A stretch of 64,000 bases of DNA from Eledone cirrhosa (lineage: Eukaryota). Where the stretch lies: positions 386,384,001 to 386,448,000 of the forward strand of contig OZ024740.1 of the NCBI GenBank assembly GCA_964016885.1, read 5' to 3'. Made by a program: the position numbers and the translations under genes. The notes beneath the pieces are model-generated. The model did no database searches, was not told the origin of the DNA, and was given only the letters and a program-made list of their open reading frames with translations. How positions within the stretch are numbered: the first letter of the stretch is position 1; each line of letters starts with the position of its first letter. This document shows, piece after piece, positions 37,401 through 50,097 of this stretch.

Positions 37401-40400
37401 TTGCTATGGAGTGTCTTGTCAGTGGGCCACATAGCTATGGAGTGTCTTGTCAGTGGGCCACATTGCTATGGAGTGTCTTGTCAGTGGGCCACATTGCTAT
37501 GGAGTGTCTTGTCAGTGGGCCACATAGCTATGGAGTATCTTGTCAGTGGGCCACATAGCAATGGAGCGTCTTGTCAGTGGGCCACATAGCAATGGAGTGT
37601 CTTGTCATTGGGCCACATAGCTATGGAGTGTCTTGTCAGTGGGCCACATTGCTATGGAGTGTCTTGTCAGTGGGCCACATTGCTGTGGAGTGTCTTGTCA
37701 GTGGGCCACATTGCTATGGAGTATCTTGTCATTGGGCCACATAGCAATGGAGTGTCTTGTCAGTGGGCCACATTGCTATGTAGTTTCTTGTCAGTGGGCC
37801 ACATAGCAATGGAGCGTCTTGTCAGTGGGCCACATTGCTATGGAGTGTCTTGTCAGTGGGCCACATTGGTATGGAGTGTCTTGTCAGTGGGCCACATTGC
37901 TATGGAGTGTCTTGTCAGTGGGCCACATTGCTATGCAGTGTCTTGTCAGTGGGCGACATAGCTATGGAGTGTCTTGTCAGTGGTCCACATAGCTATGGCG
38001 TGTCTTGTCAGTGGGCCACATTGCTATGGAATGTCTCGTCAGTGGGCCACATTGCTGTGGAGTGTCTTGTCAGTGGGCCACATAGCTATGGAGTGTCTTG
38101 TCAGTGGGCCACATTTCTGTGGAGTGTCTTGTCAGTGGGCCACATTGCTATGGAGTGTCTTGTCAGTGGGCCACATTGCTATGGAGTGTCTTGTCAGTGG
38201 GCCACATTGCTATGGAGTGTCTTGTCAGTGGGTCACATTGCTGTGGAGTGTCTTGTCAGTGGGCCACATAGCTATGGAGTGTCTTGTCAGTGGGCCACAT
38301 TGCTATGGAGTGTCTTGTCAGTGGGTCACATTGCTATGGAGTGTCTTGTCAGTGGGCCACATTGCTATGCAGTGTCTTGTCAGTGGGCGACATAGCTATG
38401 GAGTGTCTTGTCAGTGGTCCACATAGCTATGGAGTGTCTTGTCAGTGGGCCACATTACTATGGAATGTCTCGTCAGTGGGCCACATTGCTATGTAGTTTC
38501 TTGTCAGTGGTCCACATAGCAATGATAGCTATGGAGTGTCTTGTCAGTGGGCCACATTGCTATGGAATGTCTCGTCAGTGGGCCACATTGCTGTGGAGTG
38601 TCTTGTCAGTGGGCCACATAGCTATGGAGTGTCTTGTCAGTGGGCCAGATTGCTGTGGAGTGTCTTGTCAGTGGGCCACATTGCTATGGAGTGTCTTGTC
38701 AGTGGGCCACATAGCTATGGAGTGTCTTGTCAGTGGGCCACATTGCTATGGAGTGTCTTGTCAGTGGGCCACATTGCTATGGAGTGTCTTGTCAGTGGGC
38801 CACATTACTATGTAGTTTCTTGTCAGTGGTCCACATAGCAATGGAGTGTCTTGTCAGTGGGCCACATAGCAATGGAGTGTCTTGTCAGTGGGCCACATAG
38901 CAATGGAGCGTCTTGTCAGTGGGCCACATAGCTATGGAGTGTCTTGTCAGTTTGGCCACATTGGTGTGGAGTGTCTTGTCAGTGGGCCACATTGCTATGG
39001 AGTGTCTTGTCAGTGGGCCACATTGCTATGCAGTGTCTTGTCAGTGGGCGACATAGCTATGGAGTGTCTTGTCAGTGGGCCACATAGCTATGGAGTGTCT
39101 CGTCAGTGGGCCACATTGCTATGGAGTGTCTTGTCAGTGGGCCACATTGCTATGGAGTGTCTTGTCAGTGGGCCACATTGCTATGGAGTGTCTCGTCAGT
39201 GGGCCACATTGCTATGGAGTGTCTTGTCAGTGGGCCACATAGCAATGGAGCGTCTTGTCAGTGGGCCACATAGCTATGGAGTGTCTTGTCAGTGGGCCAC
39301 ATTGCTATGGAGTGTCTCGTCAGTGGGCCACATTGCTATGGAGTGTCTTGTCAGTGGGCCACATAGCTATGGAGTGTCTTGTCAGTGGGCCACATAGCTA
39401 TGGAGTGTCTTGTCAGTGGGCCACATTGCTATGGAGTGTCTTGTCAGTGGGCCACATTGCTATGGAGTGTCTTGTCAGTGGCCACATTGCTATGGAGTGT
39501 CTTGTCAGTGGGCCACATTGCTATGGAGTGTCTTGTCAGTGGGCCACATTGCTATGGAGTGTCTTGTCAGTGGGCCACATTGCTATGGAGTGTCTTGTCA
39601 GTGGGCCACATTGCTATGGAGTGTCTTGTCAGTGGGCCACATTGCTATGGAGTGTCTTGTCAGTGGGCCACATAGCTATGGAGTGTCTTGTCAGTGGGCC
39701 ACATTGCTATGGAGTGTCTTGTCAGTGGGCCACATAGCTATGGAGTGTCTTGTCAGTGGGCCACATTGCTATGGAGTGTCTTGTCAGTGGGCCACATTGA
39801 TATGGAGTTTCTTGTCAATGGGCCACATAGCTATGGAGTATCTCGTCAGTGGGCCACATTGCTATGGAGTGTCTTGTCAGTGGGCCACATTGCTATGGAG
39901 TGTCTTGTCAGTGGGCCACATTGCTATGCAGTGTCTTGTCAGTGGGCGACATAGCTATGGAGTGTCTTGTCAGTGGTCCACATAGCTATGGCGTGTCTTG
40001 TCAGTGGGCCACATTGCTATGGAATGTCTCGTCAGTGGGCCACATTGCTGTGGAGTGTCTTGTCAGTGGGCCACATAGCTATGGAGTGTCTTGTCAGTGG
40101 GCCACATTGCTGTGGAGTGTCTTGTCAGTGGGCCACATTGCTATGGAGTGTCTTGTCAGTGGGCCACATAGCTATGGAGTGTCTTGTCAGTGGGCCACAT
40201 TGCTATGGAGTGTCTTGTCAGTGGGCCACATTGCTATGGAGTGTCTTGTCAGTGGGCCACATTGCTATGTAGTTTCTTGTCAGTGGTCCACATAGCAATG
40301 GAGTGTCTTGTCAGTGGGCCACGTTGGTATGGAGTGTCTCGTCAGTGGACCACATTGCTGTGGAGTGTCTTGTCAGTGGGCCACATTGCTATGGAGTGTC

Positions 40401-43400
40401 TTGTCAGTGGGCCACATTGGTATGGAGTGTCTTGTCAGTTTGGCCACATTGGTATGGAGTGTCTTGTCAGTGGGCCACATTGCTATGGAGTGTCTTGTCA
40501 GTGGGCCACATTGCTATGGAGTGTCTTGTCAGTGGGCCACATTGCTATGGAGTGTCTTGTCAGTGGGTCACATTGCTGTGGAGTGTCTTGTCAGTGGGCC
40601 ACATAGCTATGGAGTGTCTTGTCAGTGGGCCACATTGCTATGGAGTGTCTTGTCAGTGGGTCACATTGCTATGGAGTGTCTTGTCAGTGGGCCACATTGC
40701 TATGCAGTGTCTTGTCAGTGGGCGACATAGCTATGGAGTGTCTTGTCAGTGGTCCACATAGCTATGGAGTGTCTTGTCAGTGGGCCACATTGCTATGGAA
40801 TGTCTCGTCAGTGGGCCACATTGCTATGTAGTTTCTTGTCAGTGGTCCACATAGCAATGATAGCTATGGAGTGTCTTGTCAGTGGGCCACATTGCTATGG
40901 AATGTCTCGTCAGTGGGCCACATTGCTGTGGAGTGTCTTGTCAGTGGGCCACATAGCTATGGAGTGTCTTGTCAGTGGGCCACATTGCTATGGAGTGTCT
41001 TGTCAGTGGGCCACATTGCTATGCAGTGTCTTGTCAGTGGGCGACATAGCTATGGAGTGTCTTGTCAGTGGTCCACATAGCTATGGCGTGTCTTGTCAGT
41101 GGGCCACATTGCTATGGAATGTCTCGTCAGTGGGCCACATTGCTGTGGAGTGTCTTGTCAGTGGGCCACATAGCTATGGAGTGTCTTGTCAGTGGGCCAC
41201 ATTGCTATGGAGTGTCTTGTCAGTGGGCCACATAGCTATGGAGTGTCTTGTCAGTGGGCCACATTGCTATGGAGTGTCTTGTCAGTGGGCCACATAGCTA
41301 TGGAGTGTCTTGTCAGTGGGCCACATTGCTATGGAGTGTCTTGTCAGTGGGCCACATTGCTATGGAGTGTCTTGTCAGTGGGCCACATTGCTATGCAGTG
41401 TCTTGTCAGTGGGCGACATAGCTATGGAGTGTCTTGTCAGTGGTCCACATAGCTATGGCGTGTCTTGTCAGTGGGCCACATTGCTATGGAATGTCTCGTC
41501 AGTGGGCCACATTGCTGTGGAGTGTCTTGTCAGTGGGCCACATAGCTATGGAGTGTCTTGTCAGTGGGCCACATTGCTGTGGAGTGTCTTGTCAGTGGGC
41601 CACATTGCTATGGAGTGTCTTGTCAGTGGGCCACATAGCTATGGAGTGTCTTGTCAGTGGGCCACATTGCTATGGAGTGTCTTGTCAGTGGGCCACATTG
41701 CTATGGAGTGTCTTGTCAGTGGGCCACATAGCTATGGAGTATCTTGTCAGTGGGCCACATAGCAATGGAGCGTCTTGTCAGTGGGCCACATAGCAATGGA
41801 GTGTCTTGTCATTGGGCCACATAGCTATGGAGTGTCTTGTCAGTGGGCCACATTGCTATGGAGTGTCTTGTCAGTGGGCCACATTGCTGTGGAGTGTCTT
41901 GTCAGTGGGCCACATTGCTATGGAGTATCTTGTCATTGGGCCACATAGCAATGGAGTGTCTTGTCAGTGGGCCACATTGCTATGTAGTTTCTTGTCAGTG
42001 GGCCACATAGCAATGGAGCGTCTTGTCAGTGGGCCACATTGCTATGGAGTGTCTTGTCAGTGGGCCACATTGGTATGGAGTGTCTTGTCAGTGGGCCACA
42101 TTGCTATGGAGTGTCTTGTCAGTGGGCCACATTGCTATGCAGTGTCTTGTCAGTGGGCGACATAGCTATGGAGTGTCTTGTCAGTGGTCCACATAGCTAT
42201 GGCGTGTCTTGTCAGTGGGCCACATTGCTATGGAATGTCTCGTCAGTGGGCCACATTGCTGTGGAGTGTCTTGTCAGTGGGCCACATAGCTATGGAGTGT
42301 CTTGTCAGTGGGCCACATTTCTGTGGAGTGTCTTGTCAGTGGGCCACATTGCTATGGAGTGTCTTGTCAGTGGGCCACATTGCTATGGAGTGTCTTGTCA
42401 GTGGGCCACATTGCTATGGAGTGTCTTGTCAGTGGGTCACATTGCTGTGGAGTGTCTTGTCAGTGGGCCACATAGCTATGGAGTGTCTTGTCAGTGGGCC
42501 ACATTGCTATGGAGTGTCTTGTCAGTGGGTCACATTGATATGGAGTGTCTTGTCAGTGGGCCACATTGCTATGCAGTGTCTTGTCAGTGGGCGACATAGC
42601 TATGGAGTGTCTTGTCAGTGGTCCACATAGCTATGGAGTGTCTTGTCAGTGGGCCACATTGCTATGGAATGTCTCGTCAGTGGGCCACATTGCTATGTAG
42701 TTTCTTGTCAGTGGTCCACATAGCAATGATAGCTATGGAGTGTCTTGTCAGTGGGCCACATTGCTATGGAATGTCTCGTCAGTGGGCCACATTGCTGTGG
42801 AGTGTCTTGTCAGTGGGCCACATAGCTATGGAGTGTCTTGTCAGTGGGCCAGATTGCTGTGGAGTGTCTTGTCAGTGGGCCACATTGCTATGGAGTGTCT
42901 TGTCAGTGGGCCACATAGCTATGGAGTGTCTTGTCAGTGGGCCACATTGCTATGGAGTGTCTTGTCAGTGGGCCACATTGCTATGGAGTGTCTTGTCAGT
43001 GGGCCACATTGCTATGTAGTTTCTTGTCAGTGGTCCACATAGCAATGGAGTGTCTTGTCAGTGGGCCACATAGCAATGGAGTGTCTTGTCAGTGGGCCAC
43101 ATAGCAATGGAGCGTCTTGTCAGTGGGCCACATAGCTATGGAGTGTCTTGTCAGTTTGGCCACATTGGTGTGGAGTGTCTTGTCAGTGGGCCACATTGCT
43201 ATGGAGTGTCTTGTCAGTGGGCCACATTGCTATGCAGTGTCTTGTCAGTGGGCGACATAGCTATGGAGTGTCTTGTCAGTGGGCCACATAGCTATGGAGT
43301 GTCTCGTCAGTGGGCCACATTGCTATGGAGTGTCTTGTCAGTGGGCCACATTGCTATGGAGTGTCTTGTCAGTGGGCCACATTGCTATGGAGTGTCTTGT

Positions 43401-46400
43401 CAGTGGGCCACATAGCAATGGAGCGTCTTGTCAGTGGGCCACATAGCTATGGAGTGTCTTGTCAGTGGGCCACATTGCTATGGAGTGTCTCGTCAGTGGG
43501 CCACATTGCTATGGAGTGTCTTGTCAGTGGGCCACATAGCTATGGAGTGTCTTGTCAGTGGGCCACATAGCTATGGAGTGTCTTGTCAGTGGGCCACATT
43601 GCTATGGAGTGTCTTGTCAGTGGGCCACATTGCTATGGAGTGTCTTGTCAGTGGCCACATTGCTATGGAGTGTCTTGTCAGTGGGCCACATTGCTATGGA
43701 GTGTCTTGTCAGTGGGCCACATTGCTATGGAGTGTCTTGTCAGTGGGCCACATTGCTATGGAGTGTCTTGTCAGTGGGCCACATTGCTATGGAGTGTCTT
43801 GTCAGTGGGCCACATTGCTATGGAGTGTCTTGTCAGTGGGCCACATAGCTATGGAGTGTCTTGTCAGTGGGCCACATTGTTATGGAGTGTCTTGTCAGTG
43901 GGCCACATAGCTATGGAGTGTCTTGTCAGTGGGCCACATTGCTATGGAGTGTCTTGTCAGTGGGCCACATTGATATGGAGTGTCTTGTCAATGGGCCACA
44001 TAGCTATGGAGTATCTCGTCAGTGGGCCACATTGCTATGGAGTGTCTTGTCAGTGGGCCACATTGCTATGGAGTGTCTTGTCAGTGGGCCACATTGCTAT
44101 GCAGTGTCTTGTCAGTGGGCGACATAGCTATGGAGTGTCTTGTCAGTGGTCCACATAGCTATGGCGTGTCTTGTCAGTGGGCCACATTGCTATGGAATGT
44201 CTCGTCAGTGGGCCACATTGCTGTGGAGTGTCTTGTCAGTGGGCCACATAGCTATGGAGTGTCTTGTCAGTGGGCCACATTGCTGTGGAGTGTCTTGTCA
44301 GTGGGCCACATTGCTATGGAGTGTCTTGTCAGTGGGCCACATAGCTATGGAGTGTCTTGTCAGTGGGCCACATTGCTATGGAGTGTCTTGTCAGTGGGCC
44401 ACATTGCTATGGAGTGTCTTGTCAGTGGGCCACATTGCTATGTAGTTTCTTGTCAGTGGTCCACATAGCAATGGAGTGTCTTGTCAGTGGGCCACGTTGG
44501 TATGGAGTGTCTCGTCAGTGGACCACATTGCTGTGGAGTGTCTTGTCAGTGGGCCACATTGCTATGGAGTGTCTTGTCAGTGGGCCACATTGGTATGGAG
44601 TGTCTTGTCAGTTTGGCCACATTGGTATGGAGTGTCTTGTCAGTGGGCCACATTGCTATGGAGTGTCTTGTCAGTGGGCCACATTGCTATGGAGTGTCTT
44701 GTCAGTGGGCCACATTGCTATGGAGTGTCTTGTCAGTGGGTCACATTGCTGTGGAGTGTCTTGTCAGTGGGCCACATAGCTATGGAGTGTCTTGTCAGTG
44801 GGCCACATTGCTATGGAGTGTCTTGTCAGTGGGTCACATTGCTATGGAGTGTCTTGTCAGTGGGCCACATTGCTATGCAGTGTCTTGTCAGTGGGCGACA
44901 TAGCTATGGAGTGTCTTGTCAGTGGTCCACATAGCTATGGAGTGTCTTGTCAGTGGGCCACATTGCTATGGAATGTCTCGTCAGTGGGCCACATTGCTAT
45001 GTAGTTTCTTGTCAGTGGTCCACATAGCAATGATAGCTATGGAGTGTCTTGTCAGTGGGCCACATTGCTATGGAATGTCTCGTCAGTGGGCCACATTGCT
45101 GTGGAGTGTCTTGTCAGTGGGCCACATAGCTATGGAGTGTCTTGTCAGTGGGCCACATTGCTGTGGAGTGTCTTGTCAGTGGGCCACATTGCTATGGAGT
45201 GTCTTGTCAGTGGGCCACATAGCTATGGAGTGTCTTGTCAGTGGGCCACATTGCTATGGAGTGTCTTGTCAGTGGGCCACATTGCTATGGAGTGTCTTGT
45301 CAGTGGGCCACATTGCTATGTAGTTTCTTGTCAGTGGTCCACATAGCAATGGAGTGTCTTGTCAGTGGGCCACATAGCAATGGAGTGTCTTGTCAGTGGG
45401 CCACATAGCAATGGAGCGTCTTGTCAGTGGGCCACATAGCTATGGAGTGTCTTGTCAGTTTGGCCACATTGGTATGGAGTGTCTTGTCAGTGGACCACAT
45501 TGCTATGGAGTGTCTCGTCAGTGGGCCACATTGCTATGGAGTGTCTTGTCAGTGGGCCACATAGCAATGGAGCGTCTTGTCAGTGGGCCACATAGCTATG
45601 GAGTGTCTTTTCAGTGGGCCACATTGCTATGGAGTGTCTCGTCAGTGGGCCACATTGCTATGGAGTGTCTTGTCAGTGGGCCACATAGCTATGGAGTGTC
45701 TTGTCAGTGGGCCACATAGCTATGGAGTGTCTTGTCAGTGGGCCACATTGCTATGGAGTGTCTTGTCAGTGGGCCACATTGCTATGGAGTGTCTTGTCAG
45801 TGGCCACATTGCTATGGAGTGTCTTGTCAGTGGGCCACATTGCTATGGAGTGTCTTGTCAGTGGGCCACATTGCTATGGAGTGTCTTGTCAGTGGGCCAC
45901 ATTGCTATGGAGTGTCTTGTCAGTGGGCCACATTGCTATGGAGTGTCTTGTCAGTGGGCCACATTGCTATGGAGTGTCTTGTCAGTGGGCCACATAGCTA
46001 TGGAGTGTCTTGTCAGTGGGCCACATTGCTATGGAGTGTCTTGTCAGTGGGCCACATAGCTATGGAGTGTCTTGTCAGTGGGCCACATTGCTATGGAGTG
46101 TCTTGTCAGTGGGCCACATTGATATGGAGTGTCTTGTCAGTGGGCCACATAGCTATGGTGTATCTCGTCAGTGGGCCACATTGCTATGGAGTGTCTTGTC
46201 AGTGGGCCACATTGCTATGGAGTGTCTTGTCAGTGGGCCACATTGCTATGGAGTGTCTTGTCAGTGGGCCACATAGCAATGGAGCATCTTGTCAGTGGGC
46301 GACATAGCAATGGAGTGTCATGTCAGTGGGCCACATAGCTATGGAGTGTCTTGTCAGTGGGCCACATTGCTATGGAGTGTCTTGTCAGTGGGCCACATTG

Positions 46401-48324
46401 CTATGGAGTGTCTTGTCAGTGGGCCACATAGCTGTAGAGTGTCTTGTCAGTGGGTCACATTGCTATGGAGTGTCTTGTCAGTGGGCCACATTGCTATGGA
46501 GTGTCTTGTCAGTGGGCCACATTGCTATGGAGTGTCTTGTCAGTGGGCCACCTTGCTGTGGAGTGTCTTGTCAGTGGGCCACATAGCTATGGAGTGTCTT
46601 GTCAGTGGGCCACATTGCTATGGAGTGTCTTGTCAGTGGGTCACATTGGTATGGAGTGTCTTGTCAGTGGGCCACATTGCTATGGAGTGTCTTGTCAGTG
46701 GGTCACATTGCTATGGAGTGTCTTGTCAGTGGGCCACATTGCTATGGAGTGTCTTGTCAGTGGACCACATTGCTGTGGAGTGTCTTGTCTTTGGGCCACA
46801 TTGCTATGGAGTGTCTTCTCAGTGGGCCACATTACTATGGAGTGTCTTGTCAGTGGGCCACATAGCAATGGAGTGTCTTGTCAGTGTGCCACATAGCTAT
46901 GGAGTGTCTTGTCTGTGGGTCACATTGCTATGGAGTGTCTTGTCAGTGGGCCACATTGCTATGGAGTGTCTTGTCAGTGGGCCACATTGCTATGGAGTGT
47001 CTTGTCAGTGGGCCACATTGCTATGGAGTGTCTTGTCAGTGGGTCACATTGCTGTGGAGTGTCTTGTCAGTGGGCCACATAGCTATGGAGTGTCTTGTCA
47101 GTGGGCCACATTGCTATGAAGTGTCTTGTCAGTGGGTCACATAAATATGGAGTGTCTTGTCAGTGGGCCACATTGCTATGGAGTGTCTTGTCAGTGGGTC
47201 ACATTGCTATGGAGTGTCTTGTCAGTGGGCCACATTTCTATGGAGTGTCTTGTCAGTGGGCCACATTGCTATGGAGTGTCTTGTCAGTGGGCCACATAGC
47301 TATGTAGTGTTTTATCAGTGGGCCACATTGCTATGGAGTGTCTTGTCAGTGGGCCACATTGCTATGGAGTGTCATGTCAGTGGGCCACATTGCTGTGGAG
47401 TGTCTTGTCAGTGGGCCACATACCTATGGAGTGTCTTGTCAGTGGGCCACATTGCTATGGAGTGTCTTGTCAGTGGGCCACATTGCTATGGAGTGTCTTG
47501 TTTAGAGGGCCACATAGCAATGTAGTTTCTTGTCAGTGCGCCACATTGCTATGCAGTGTCTTGTTTAGAGGGCCACATAGCAATGTAGTGTCTTGTCAGT
47601 GGGCCACATTGGTATGGAGTGTCTTGTCAGTGGGCCACATTGCTATGCAGTGTCTTGTTTAGAGGGCCACATAGCAATGTAGTGTCTTGTCAGTGGGCCA
47701 TGATATCAAATAAGTAATAAGAACATATGTAAAAACAAATACAGTAATATGATAAAATACTATGACATTTTTAATAAACTGTGACAAAACTACAATACCT
47801 GGCAGTGTATTTAGATCAGGGTTGCCATTTGTTTCATAATTTACTTCTAATAATGCTGAACACTTTTAATATAGAAAAATAAATAAATATTGATTATTAT
47901 TGAATACAGACACTCACAGATGTTTTACTACCAGACAGCAAATTCAAATAAAACATTTTGAGGATGAAATGAAATAACTGTTTGCCAGACACACTGACTT
48001 GTTTTAGGTAAGTCTGGGTTATTCCACATCCCTGCCATACACATACTATGATGTACGTATATACATGGATAAACACACAGATAGTCTCCTTGACTTCGAT
48101 GTCTGATTATTCTATCTGTCTGAGTTTCATTGTTTGTAACTGTGACACAAAATATTACATTCAGCTAAGTGGGTCATGCGTTCTCTAGTCGGTATTCTAA
48201 TCCAAAATAATTCAGATCATTTTTTCAGGGATCGCTTAGCCTAAGATTGAAACCTGTTGGCAGGCCGGACAAAAATCCTTCATGGGCCACATCCAGCCCG
48301 TAGGCCAGGTGTTGTCGACCCCTC
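16488..48324. mobile_element. Non-autonomous hAT (Charlie/Buster-type) transposon, 31,837 bp, enclosing the satellite
   Basis: Left TIR CAGGGGTTGGCAAC (16488-16501); right TIR GTTGTCGACCCCTC (48311-48324; 11/14 to the reverse complement). 8-bp TSD TACTAGAA (16480-16487) / TACTTGAA (48325-48332). Subterminal GGCCGGAC..TGGGCCACATCCAGCCCGTAGGCC. No transposase. Confidence 0.88.
16514..47700. repeat. 31-bp tandem satellite, about 1,000 copies, consensus GGAGTGTCTTGTCAGTGGGCCACATTGCTAT
   Basis: Direct reading: head-to-tail, single orientation, mostly 0-2 substitutions per unit, no spacers, no TE insertions seen. 31,187 bp / 31 is about 1,006. Confidence 0.99.
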
Positions 48325-48865
48325 TACTTGAAGATCATGTTTATGGTTAGTAGATCCTTGACAATACATTGTATTTGTAATTTTAGTATTTTTTTAAAGA
48401 CCAACTTCAAAATATTCGCTCTCTTAGACTGGTAGTTTTTACATTAGAACAAATAGTGCCATAAAGTTTCTGAATAGTCTCCACAAGAACAGAAGTGATT
48501 CTATTTGACCTGTTCTTGATAAAATATAGTTTATGGATATATGGCTGATTCAAAGCCAACATAGCCCTTGTTTATTAACCTTATTCAGTGCCTGATACAT
48601 TTTAGATATTGACAAATCTAGCTGAGATAACAGCGGATTGGAATTTGATAGCTTATCTCTAGATTCCTTCCCTAAATTTTGCCACCCTTAACTAATTATA
48701 TTTTTGTTTAATAATTTGATTTGCTATAGATTTAGAATGTACTCTATATCTATTATTTTCCTTTGTACTCCCTCTTTTGCTAAGTTATCTGCTTTCCTGT
48801 ATCCCTTAATATCTATAATATATGGCCAGGTATCCAATAATCGTTACTTGTTTATTATTTTCTGA

Positions 48866-49000
48866 GTTACGTTCCTTTACAGTCTGAGTTCAAATCCCGC
48901 CGAGGTTAACTTTGCCTTTCATCCTTACGGGGTCGATAAAATAAAGTACCAGTAATGTACTGGGTAATTGCTGGCCTTGTGCCTAAAGTAGAAACAATTA
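48866..49000 (+). mobile_element. 5'-truncated Deu/Nin-like SINE
   Basis: Family core present; TSD ATTATTTTCTGA at 48854-48865 and 48997-49008. Confidence 0.9.
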
Positions 49001-49106
49001 TTTTCTGATAGATAGTTATCTATCTTTAGCAGGAGATTCCTAATATCTCTAACCAGACCTCTTTCTCTTGATTGAAATGGTTCTAGGTTTGATAAACTAT
49101 TTAGTT

Positions 49107-49434
49107 CAGAGCTTCTCAAAGTGGGCGCTACCCCCACCTCCAGGGCATTGAGAAGGTCCAGGGGGGGGGGGAGCCTAGGGGGGGGGGTAGAGATGATATA
49201 AATAATATATTATCAAATGATACTTATATATAAATATAGTAAAATAAAAAATATATAATATTTATTTATACATAGTATATATTATATTATTTATTGTATA
49301 TAAATTAACAATTTTATTTATTATATATTATTTATAATTTTCATGTAGACAGGTCTCTCTGGAAATAGGGTTGGGGGCACTGAGGGTATTACCTGGCCAT
49401 GGGGAGGATGATGGCCCCAAAAGTTTGACCTCTG
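49107..49434. mobile_element. hAT MITE (328 bp)
   Basis: CAGAGCTTCTCAAA ... TTTGACCTCTG with perfect 8-bp TSD ATTTAGTT (49099-49106, 49435-49442). Confidence 0.85.
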
Positions 49435-49530
49435 ATTTAGTTGAATCTATGGATGATATTATGACCCACTACTCTACATCCAATATTGTAAAGTCCTGAG
49501 ACTTATAATTGTATTTATTATTCTGAAAAG

Positions 49531-49720
49531 GGTGGTGGATTGGCAGTATCAGTAGAGAGTCGGACACCATGCTTTGCAGCATAGAGTTATGGCCTTTTAC
49601 GGTCTGAGTTCAAATCTCGCCGAGGTTAACTTTGCCTTTCATCCTTACGGGGTCGATAAAATAAAGTACCAGTAATGTACTGGGTTATTGCTGGCCTTGT
49701 GCCAAAAGTAGAAACAATTA
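49531..49720 (+). mobile_element. Full-length tRNA-derived SINE with Deu/Nin-like domain
   Basis: A box TGGCAGTATCAG, B box GAGTTCAAATC, core GCCTTTCATCCTTACGGGGTCGATAAA; 16-bp TSD TTATTATTCTGAAAAG (49515-49530, 49718-49733). Confidence 0.9.
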
Positions 49721-50097
49721 TTATTCTGAAAAGACCAAATAGCTCCTCATGTTACTTCAATGTCTGAATATTACTCATCTGTATAACTAACTTATTTTTT
49801 TAAAGAAGTTTGATTGTATAATGTTGTTATGACATTCTTTTGCTTCCTCTCTAAAAGAATTTTAATTATTCTGTCAATGGATAGAACATTAAAATCATGC
49901 TGTTTTCTCTTCTGTTGAATCTAAGCAATTAGAAATTTATACTTCTATCAACAAATGAAATATACCTATTTTGGGAGATCTTAGACAATTCAATATAGTT
50001 TTCCTTATTTAAGTGCAACATGTTTTGATAGCTTGAAGATAACTAATGTTCATATCTCCCAATATAAAAATTGATTGTTGATAACTCCCTTATTATA

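Noticed and set aside
16510-47662. Hundreds of + strand ORFs (MECLVSGPHCYGVSCQWATLLWSVLSVGHIA repeats) as a Cys/His-rich repeat protein
   Set aside because: 31 is not a multiple of 3, so all three frames give the same 31-aa cycle. The consensus simply lacks + strand stops. TAG variants and indels break the frames at random, with no sign of codon constraint.
16514-47700. CRISPR array
   Set aside because: The units are contiguous with no unique spacers, there are no cas genes, and the context is eukaryotic.
16514-47700. Telomeric or proven centromeric repeat
   Set aside because: No TTAGGG-type motif, and centromere function cannot be read from sequence alone.
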